Assembly: GCA_020062425.1 (NCBI GenBank)
Contig: JAGUWJ010000022.1
Span: forward strand, 1 to 63,142
Reading direction: 5' to 3'
Source: Actinomycetota bacterium
GTDB taxonomy: Bacteria > Actinomycetota > Geothermincolia > Fen-727 > Anoxymicrobiaceae
Length of the DNA: 63,142 nt
Below the pieces are notes generated by a model, which did not search any database, had not been told where the DNA came from, and saw nothing but the letters and a program-made list of their open reading frames with translations. Below are positions 36,770-43,442 of this stretch, piece after piece; position 1 is the stretch's first letter, and every line of letters starts with the position of its first letter. Position numbers and translations under genes: made by a program.

Positions 36770-38497
36770 TCAGGCGCCGGCAGCTGGGTAGTCGAACAGT
36801 GTGAACTCGAAGCACGCCCCTCCGTCGCAAAAGGCGGTGATCTCGCCGCCGTACAGCTCCACCACTTTCTTGACTGTCGCGAGTCCTATTCCGGTGTCGC
36901 CGGTCGACCCCTCCTTGAAAAAGGGGATGAAGATCCGTTCCATGCTCTCTGGCGGGATGCCCGGGCCGTTGTCTCTGACCAGGTAGCGGTGCCCACCCGG
37001 ATCGACCTCCCCGAGGTAACGGATGGTGATCCGTGTCTTGTCGCTCAAACCGTGCCTGAGCGCGTTCCCGATGAGGTTGGTGAAGATCTGGTACAGGTGG
37101 GTCTCGTTCGCCACAACCGTTCCCATGTCGTCGTCGCAGAGGATTTCGACGTTATATTCTTCGAGGAAACCCCGCCTCTCGTCGAGCACGGCGTCGACCA
37201 CGGTTCTCACAGGCACCGGTGAGAGGTCAGTCGGCTCGAGCTCCGCCTCTGCGAGGGCCAGCAGGTCGTTTACCATGGACACCGACCTTCCAACGTTCCT
37301 GGATATGATGTCGCCGATTTCCTCTAGGTCATGGTCGACCGCCTCGCTGCGGGGCTCGGCCAGAAGGTCTCTCATGGTCTCTACGGCAAGCACGAGGGCG
37401 CTCAGGGGGCCTTTGAGGTCGTGCGAGACAGTGCGCGCGAAACCGTCCAGCTCAACGTTTGCCAGTTCCAGCCTGGCGTATGTGCGGGCGTTTGCGACGC
37501 CTAGCCCGCACACCGCAGCCAGCGTACGGGCCATGCTCTCGTAGTGATCGATATACTCCGGGAATGCCACCCTCCTCGCCGAGAGGATTCCCAGCAGTTC
37601 GTCACCGTGTGCTATGTCGATGTCGAACCCCGAGCGGGTGCCGGACGGGGTCTCGTCCGCGAGCGGTTCGATCTCGACGCCATCGGGCAGCGAGTACGTC
37701 CTCTCCGTCCTGCCGGACGAGACCACCGCGTACCCCACCCGCTCAGGGGCTATCAGCATCACGAAGAGTTCGATTATCTTCTCAATCACGCGCTCCTCAC
37801 CGCTGATCTCGGCGAGGGGGCCGATGAGGTCGAAGACCATCTCGTAGTCCGCGGTGCGCCTCGAGACCGTGGACAGGGCTTTTCGTGACGCGCTCTCCTG
37901 CTTCTCCAGTCGCCACTCGAGGTCGAGCCTCGTGAGGAAGAGGCCGAGGTAGTCGAGTCCCACCTGTAGCACTTCGAACGGTACCCCGACGAACTCGGAA
38001 AAAGAGGCGAGGTTCGCAGAAGCCGTCGGGTCGACACCTGTATCGAGAAGCACGAGCTTCGATGTGGACTCCTGGAAGAACTGCCGGGCGGTCTCCCGGT
38101 CGAATTCCCAGAACTCCATGTATTCTTTCCATTTGGTCAGCCATCCAGGCGTGAGCAGGTAGGCTCCCTCTGATAAGGACCTGTCGAGAAGGCTGGGGTT
38201 GACGAGGATGTTGAAGCACTGCTCCTGACAGCGGATCCGCCAGCGCTCGGGAAGGTCGCCGGCGCAGGCCAGCCCCGCCAGGCACTGCCCGCCCACGATG
38301 AACACGCGCTCGCAGCCGTCGTCCACGACGATGTCCAACCTGGCCACGCCGTGAGTCGTCACAGGGGGGCATGGGCGCTCTAGTTCATAAGACTGGACCG
38401 AGATACTGTCGAGGCCCGCGGACTCAGCGGCCCGGGCGACCTCTTCCGCCAGGTGTTCGCAGACGACGACGCAGTACTGCTCAGACGCCATACTCAT
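36770..38497 (-). CDS. histidine kinase with an N-terminal DUF1638-like domain and a central GAF-like region
   Basis: N-terminal VVVCEHL..., FIVGGQCLAGL, CFNIL, and YLLTPGWL resemble the DUF1638 consensus as I recall it. H-box VSHDLKGPL. DNGPGI and GIGLATV. The ATG (38497 or 38491) lies inside the end of the preceding gene. Confidence 0.8.
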   Translation of the reverse strand: MSMASEQYCVVVCEHLAEEVARAAESAGLDSISVQSYELERPCPPVTTHGVARLDIVVDDGCERVFIVGGQCLAGLACAGDLPERWRIRCQEQCFNILVNPSLLDRSLSEGAYLLTPGWLTKWKEYMEFWEFDRETARQFFQESTSKLVLLDTGVDPTASANLASFSEFVGVPFEVLQVGLDYLGLFLTRLDLEWRLEKQESASRKALSTVSRRTADYEMVFDLIGPLAEISGEERVIEKIIELFVMLIAPERVGYAVVSSGRTERTYSLPDGVEIEPLADETPSGTRSGFDIDIAHGDELLGILSARRVAFPEYIDHYESMARTLAAVCGLGVANARTYARLELANVELDGFARTVSHDLKGPLSALVLAVETMRDLLAEPRSEAVDHDLEEIGDIISRNVGRSVSMVNDLLALAEAELEPTDLSPVPVRTVVDAVLDERRGFLEEYNVEILCDDDMGTVVANETHLYQIFTNLIGNALRHGLSDKTRITIRYLGEVDPGGHRYLVRDNGPGIPPESMERIFIPFFKEGSTGDTGIGLATVKKVVELYGGEITAFCDGGACFEFTLFDYPAAGA

Positions 38498-39542
38498 CGA
38501 CCCAGTCGAGCGGGTAGCTGCCCCATTTCCTGGCGGCCTCAGAAACGGCGAAGAGCACTTCGTCGGGTACCTGGAACGGTATCTCACCATGGTTGTCGGC
38601 GAGTATGAAGCCACCCCCCTGGCCGGCCCCGGCGATAGCCTCCTTCACAGCGCTTTCAGCCTCTTCATGGGTCCACCTGCGCATCTCGATGCCGTTCAGA
38701 TTGCCCAGGATGGTTATCCTGCCTGAGCAGGCCGCTTTCAACAGCCTGATGTCCTCCAGCGCGCTGACGCCGACCACAGCAGCACCCGATGCGATGATAT
38801 CGTCTATTATGGGCAGGCACCGCCCGGATGCCAGATGTATGGCCAGGGGACCGTTTGCCCGTTCGGTCACGCGACTGGCTATCTCATATCCGGTCTCGAG
38901 GTACAACTCCCGGGGGATGATGGTCCCTGACGAAACAGGGTCGAAATAACCTATAGCTGTCGCGCCCGCGTCCAGCTGGGCGTTGACCCACTCGACATGG
39001 AACTCTTGGTTGACCTCCATCAGCCGCCAGAACAGCTCGCGGTCCTCGTAGATGAGGTCCAGGTAGCTGTCGAATCCCATCTGCATGACGGGAAGGGAGA
39101 ACGGCGATATGGCCGCCGCGATTACAGGAGCCTCGTCTCCCACTTCTGACTTGAGTAACTCAATAGCCCGCAGGCTTTTCTGCAGGACGGGGCTCTCGCT
39201 AACCCTGGGAGGTTCTAGACTCGTTATATCGGAGCGTTTTCTGATGATGGGCTCCCCGGCATTCGGAGGCCCGTCGTCGAAGAACAGCACCTCTCCACCC
39301 CAGGCTTCCACCTCCGCCGCAGCGTAGAACAGCGGGTAAACGCAGTCGTGGCCGTACCTGGCCCGGAGACGCATCTGGCCTTCGACCACGTTCTCCGGGC
39401 GCGAGAAGTACTCGGCGAGTGACATCCCGAGCTCCTTCGCGCCGTGCATGGTGAGGAACAGGAAGAGGGGCACGCGGTCGGGTTCGTTGTGCCCCAACGT
39501 TGTCAGGGTACGCTCGAGCGAGGTTGTAGACGGCTGATCCAT
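38481..39542 (-). CDS. uroporphyrinogen-decarboxylase-fold methyltransferase (MtaA/MtbA-like corrinoid methyltransferase)
   Basis: 354 aa. URO-D family layout (PDRVPLF..., AISPFSL, IHLASG...). The ATG overlaps the stop of the corrinoid protein gene (TGATG). The ORF opens at 39626. Confidence 0.8.
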   Translation of the reverse strand: MDQPSTTSLERTLTTLGHNEPDRVPLFLFLTMHGAKELGMSLAEYFSRPENVVEGQMRLRARYGHDCVYPLFYAAAEVEAWGGEVLFFDDGPPNAGEPIIRKRSDITSLEPPRVSESPVLQKSLRAIELLKSEVGDEAPVIAAAISPFSLPVMQMGFDSYLDLIYEDRELFWRLMEVNQEFHVEWVNAQLDAGATAIGYFDPVSSGTIIPRELYLETGYEIASRVTERANGPLAIHLASGRCLPIIDDIIASGAAVVGVSALEDIRLLKAACSGRITILGNLNGIEMRRWTHEEAESAVKEAIAGAGQGGGFILADNHGEIPFQVPDEVLFAVSEAARKWGSYPLDWVDEYGV

Positions 39543-40183
39543 CACAGAGCTCCGTTCAACTCTGTCATCAGTCGCATCGCGTCGGATGCGTCGCGGCCCA
39601 TCGCGGAGGCCCCGACCTCTCTCCACAGCCTCTCGTCAAACAGGAACGGCGCGCCACCGACTATTATCCTGGCGCCCGAGCCGGCTTTTTTCAGCCCCGC
39701 CGCGAGAGCCTCGACCTTTAGTGCGGACCTCAACATAAGTGTTGAGACCAGGAGCACCTCGATACCGTCCGCGACCGATCTCTCCACCAGTTTATCCGCG
39801 GTGATTCCGTGTCCGTAGTCGGTGAGCTCGTAGCCTGACGCCCTCAGAGATGAATAGACGATCCTCTTTCCCAGCGCGTGGTGATCTTCGAGGGCGGCGA
39901 TTGCGGTGACCGGCTGCCTCTTTCTCTTCTCGTCGGCGGGGGGAAGGAAGGTGTCGACCAGCTCCTCGCAGATCCGGCCGCTCATGTAGACCTGCGACAG
40001 GGCGACGTCGCCGCTCTCCCATGCATCGCCTATCCACTCCAGAGCAGGCACTATGGTCTGTTCTACGACTTCGATAGGGGACATACCTTCGTTCAGCAAC
40101 TCGAGGATGTCAGATGCCCTGGCCCGGTCGATTGTGAGCAGGGCTCTTTCGAACTCCTCCACGGAGTCTTTGGACCGCGTCAT
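39542..40183 (-). CDS. cobalamin-binding corrinoid protein (B12-binding cap plus Rossmann domain)
   Basis: 213 aa. Helical cap domain, then EDHHALG (DxHxxG lower-ligand loop), SxL (LVSTLM), and GG (IIVGGAP) motifs. Confidence 0.85.
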   Translation of the reverse strand: MTRSKDSVEEFERALLTIDRARASDILELLNEGMSPIEVVEQTIVPALEWIGDAWESGDVALSQVYMSGRICEELVDTFLPPADEKRKRQPVTAIAALEDHHALGKRIVYSSLRASGYELTDYGHGITADKLVERSVADGIEVLLVSTLMLRSALKVEALAAGLKKAGSGARIIVGGAPFLFDERLWREVGASAMGRDASDAMRLMTELNGAL

Positions 40184-40281
40184 TTCTCACCACCCGAAGT
40201 GGAAACTGAGGTCTTTCTCACTCCATCAATCTCGGCTCAACTTAAGATTCCATAAAATGGCCGCCCTGGCCTGTAACGCCC

Positions 40282-41739
40282 TCAGTAATCGATTCCACTG
40301 AAGTGCTTCCAGTCGAGCCTGGCACGGGCCCGCTCCAGGATGCGAGACCTGAGCCGCCCGGGCACCAACCTGGAGCCCAGGAACAGGTCGGTTACCTTTT
40401 CAGCCGCCCGGGCCAGTGGCCAGGGCAGCCTGAAGATCCTGCGGTAGGCGACCATCAGCAATACGAAGTTCTCACAGACCATCTCCACCTGGGCGGCCGT
40501 CATGCTGTCCAGCTCGAGCTGGGAGCGCCCCGAGAACAGGGTATCCAGAGACGCGTCTCCCAGCATATCCTCCTCTTCACATACTTTGTATATGCTGGTC
40601 TTGGGGAAGGGGCAGAGAGCTGTGACCTGTGCGAGACCGGGTTGGACGCGGGCGTTCATCTTCACGGTGTCGAGTGCCATGGAGAGGGTCTCGCGGGGGA
40701 AACCGGTCATATTCAGCGAGACGGTCGGGATGCCGTAAGACCTGCATAGCTCGAACGCCCTCTCTATCTTGCTGTCGTCCATGTCCCTGAGCAGCACTTT
40801 CTTCCTGAGCCATGTATTGCCGCTCTCGATCCCCATGGCTACCGCGCTGCAGCCGGCATCGGCCATGAGGGAGACCATCTCCTCGTTCAGGAGGTCCACG
40901 CGGGCATTGCAGATGAAGGGAAGCCCCACCTTTTCCTTGAACAGGGGCGCGAACTCCCTGAACCAGCGGCGGTCGAGAGTGAGGATGTCGTCCTCGAACC
41001 TCACATGGTCGAGCTCAGGCTCGTTCACCAGGGCCGCTTTTATCTCAGCGACAACGTTGCCGGGGGACCGGAAGCGCACGTAGTCCCGGCTGTTCGGGTA
41101 AATGCTCTTCTGGAGGTGGTTGCAGCAGTAGCTGCACTCGAACGGACAGCCGCGCGAGGCCATCACCGATAGCCGGGTCCTCTGGTTGGCGGCGAACTTC
41201 TCCTTGTTGAAGATGCTCCTGTCGGGGAACGGCAGTTCGTCCAGATCCCTTACCAGCGGCCTGACAGGGTTAGAGAACGTTCTCCCGTCGCCGGCGCCCC
41301 AGAGGCCGGCTATCCCGTCCGTGGGTCGGCCGGACTCGAGCGAGTCGCACAGCTCGAGGAGGGTCACTTCACCCTCACCCACGCAGACATAATCGATCCC
41401 GGGGACCTCGACGACCTCCTCAGGGCATATCGTGGGGTGCACCCCACCACATACCTTCGGCATCTGAAGTACGCCATCCATCCACGAGCAGAGCATCCGC
41501 ACCTTGGGGAACTGAAGTGTGGTTGCGGAGAACGCTACCAAATCGGGCTCCGTACCCCCGACCTCTTCGAGAAAAGATTCTCTTTCCGGAGGCCTGGTGA
41601 AGTGAATGAGCTCGGTCCGGTGGCCGGCCTGCTTGAGGAACGCCGAGAGGTAACCGATTCCCAGGTAGACTCGGCCCTGCGACTCCTCGATGAGATCCTG
41701 AGTCTCGAAGTAATCCGTGTATACGAAAGTTACTTTCAC
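40282..41739 (-). CDS. B12-binding domain radical SAM protein (class B)
   Basis: 485 aa. N-terminal B12-binding Rossmann (DLVAFSATT, VCGGVHPT). CPFECSYC radical SAM cluster motif. Confidence 0.9.
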   Translation of the reverse strand: MKVTFVYTDYFETQDLIEESQGRVYLGIGYLSAFLKQAGHRTELIHFTRPPERESFLEEVGGTEPDLVAFSATTLQFPKVRMLCSWMDGVLQMPKVCGGVHPTICPEEVVEVPGIDYVCVGEGEVTLLELCDSLESGRPTDGIAGLWGAGDGRTFSNPVRPLVRDLDELPFPDRSIFNKEKFAANQRTRLSVMASRGCPFECSYCCNHLQKSIYPNSRDYVRFRSPGNVVAEIKAALVNEPELDHVRFEDDILTLDRRWFREFAPLFKEKVGLPFICNARVDLLNEEMVSLMADAGCSAVAMGIESGNTWLRKKVLLRDMDDSKIERAFELCRSYGIPTVSLNMTGFPRETLSMALDTVKMNARVQPGLAQVTALCPFPKTSIYKVCEEEDMLGDASLDTLFSGRSQLELDSMTAAQVEMVCENFVLLMVAYRRIFRLPWPLARAAEKVTDLFLGSRLVPGRLRSRILERARARLDWKHFSGIDY

Positions 41740-41741
41740 TC

Positions 41742-42755
41742 CTATTCCGCTTCCCGAGCGGGCTTGACCCCGGCGAACGCCCCCACCATCAGAACAGCGA
41801 GCCCCAGCACAAGGAGGCCAAGGGGGATGTAGACGAATTGCAGCTTGAGCTTGGATACCTCTTCGCGGGCGAAGGCGCTCATCGTCTTTACGCTCTCCCT
41901 GGTCTGCTTGTACTCGAGGGTGTAGAGCGCCCTGCTCAGGAGGAGGTTCCCGCCCGCATCCTCGACCGCCAGAGTAACGGTATCACGCCCTGAGGAGGTT
42001 TCTACTATGGTGCCCATCCTGGGCTCGACCTTGAGCAGGGTATCCTGGCTGCACCTGTATTCGGGCTTTACCTCCACATCGTCATCGACCGCCACGTCGC
42101 TCATTTCCAGCCACTCTTTCAGCGGTGCTCCCTGAATGGTTTCAGGATAACCGCGGGGCGTAGCGGCGGCGGGCCGGTCCGCGAAAGACATCGAAAAGCG
42201 GTATGTAGCGAGCCCTCCCGCGAAGGTCTTTCCCTCGAACTCCGCAGGAAACGTCGCTCCGGCAAGCTCGCTCCAGAGCGGGACGCTGCTTCGGGGGGTG
42301 TTGAATGGGAAGACGATGAAGTACCCCGAGCGTTCCCGGTCGGCGAGATCGCTCTTCACCTGCTCCCCCGTCCTCCTGTCGACCGCGTATGTGTGCTCCC
42401 CCTCGGAGATGAGCTGCCCCGACGCTGAATCGTAGATGCTGGTCTCGGCTTTGAACACTGCCGTCTGCGCCGTGGATACCAGGGGCTCGCTCCGCACCGT
42501 CTTGGTTATGCCCACGCTTGCCCGCGACGGTGGCGCGCCGGGGACCTGTCTATCCGGGGGGTTCACGAAGTAGGTCAGAACACCCTCGTACTGAAGCACC
42601 TGCTCCATGTCGGTGGCCACAACCTTGAGCGCGGGGGCTACCGCGAATCTCCAGATCGGGGCCACGAGTATCAGTGCGATGCCGGCCGCGACCAGCAGCA
42701 GGTTTGCCCTCATGCGCTTCACGGCGCGCCATCTCTTCTGGAGGATGTTTAACAC
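41742..42755 (-). CDS. DUF3068 (PorA-family-named) bitopic membrane protein
   Basis: An N-terminal TM helix (LLLVAAGIALILVAPIW) followed by RFAVAPALK, and a C-terminal TM helix (IPLGLLVLGLAVLMVGAF). An alternative start is ATG 42713. Confidence 0.6.
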   Translation of the reverse strand: MLNILQKRWRAVKRMRANLLLVAAGIALILVAPIWRFAVAPALKVVATDMEQVLQYEGVLTYFVNPPDRQVPGAPPSRASVGITKTVRSEPLVSTAQTAVFKAETSIYDSASGQLISEGEHTYAVDRRTGEQVKSDLADRERSGYFIVFPFNTPRSSVPLWSELAGATFPAEFEGKTFAGGLATYRFSMSFADRPAAATPRGYPETIQGAPLKEWLEMSDVAVDDDVEVKPEYRCSQDTLLKVEPRMGTIVETSSGRDTVTLAVEDAGGNLLLSRALYTLEYKQTRESVKTMSAFAREEVSKLKLQFVYIPLGLLVLGLAVLMVGAFAGVKPAREAE

Positions 42756-42772
42756 GGGACGCTCACGACCAT

Positions 42773-43075
42773 CTAGCGCCCGGGGGGATGAAGGTACTTC
42801 TTGCGGAACTCTTCTGTGGTCAGGATGTCGATGTCCACGCGTATCTTGGCCAGCTCGTCTCTCGCCTGATCGGAATCGTCGAACAGCTCCCGCCTGAGAA
42901 CCCGCTTGGTGCGGTAGTTGATGACTTCCACAATGTATCCTTCACCGAGGCCGACCCCAAGCAGGCCTTTGGTGAGCCTCGCCTTGTAGTAGTCATCGGC
43001 CAGGTAGCCGAGCTCTGATTTATGATCGCCGCGGGCGCTGCTGTCCTCCCGCTCTTTACGGCCTCTTTTGACCAT
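42773..43075 (-). CDS. hypothetical 100-aa protein, first gene of the corrinoid operon
   Basis: ATG preceded by AAAGGCAAGG. No family recognised. It lies 17 nt upstream of the DUF3068 gene. Confidence 0.5.
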   Translation of the reverse strand: MVKRGRKEREDSSARGDHKSELGYLADDYYKARLTKGLLGVGLGEGYIVEVINYRTKRVLRRELFDDSDQARDELAKIRVDIDILTTEEFRKKYLHPPGR

Positions 43076-43230
43076 GCCTTGCCTTTACAGATCTCCGGCT
43101 TCCGCTTGCCCTCCGGGGGGCGGCCCCTGTTCCTCCTGCTTGGGCACTACTATGCGCTGCAGCGCGTAGACCCCCAGCGCGGTGATGGCGCAGCTGTGCG
43201 TGGGAGGCAGCTTGGAAGAAGCTATATAAA

Positions 43231-43340
43231 GGGCGCAGGTGTCCTCGCACGGCACCTTCGCTCCCGGTATCTGCGGAGAGCGTATCGGACACCAGCTTCC
43301 AGGGATTGATGCCACCGGACTCCTTTCGCACCCTGCGTAA
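43231..43340 (-). promoter_or_regulatory. cobalamin-riboswitch-like leader (compact aptamer)
   Basis: Minus strand: a P1-like pairing CGCAGGGTG/CACCTGCG encloses GAAAGGAGTCCGGTGGCATCAATCCCTGGAAGCTG (compare GGGAA.CCGGUG.AAAUCCGG.GCUG) and a B12-box-like GCGAGGACACCTGC. Confidence 0.45.
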
Positions 43341-43362
43341 GCCCGCACGTAAGGGCGTTCAT

Positions 43363-43392
43363 ATTCTATCGCTCAGTTTTCCGCCGTGTAAA
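43363..43392 (-). promoter_or_regulatory. candidate sigma-70-type promoter TTTACA-18-TAGAAT
   Basis: Minus strand: TTTACA at 43392-43387 and TAGAAT at 43368-43363, about 25 nt upstream of the riboswitch-like element. Confidence 0.4.
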
Positions 43393-43442
43393 CCTCGCCT
43401 GGCTACGGCGGCACCTCATCGTAAGGCGGACTGCTCGCTCTA

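Noticed and set aside
43085-43348. 87-aa (GTG start) and 91-aa ORFs in the spacer upstream of the corrinoid operon.
   Set aside because: There is no RBS, third-codon positions are mixed, and no family resemblance is seen. The interval is better explained by a promoter plus a structured riboswitch-like leader. Confidence in this rejection is moderate.
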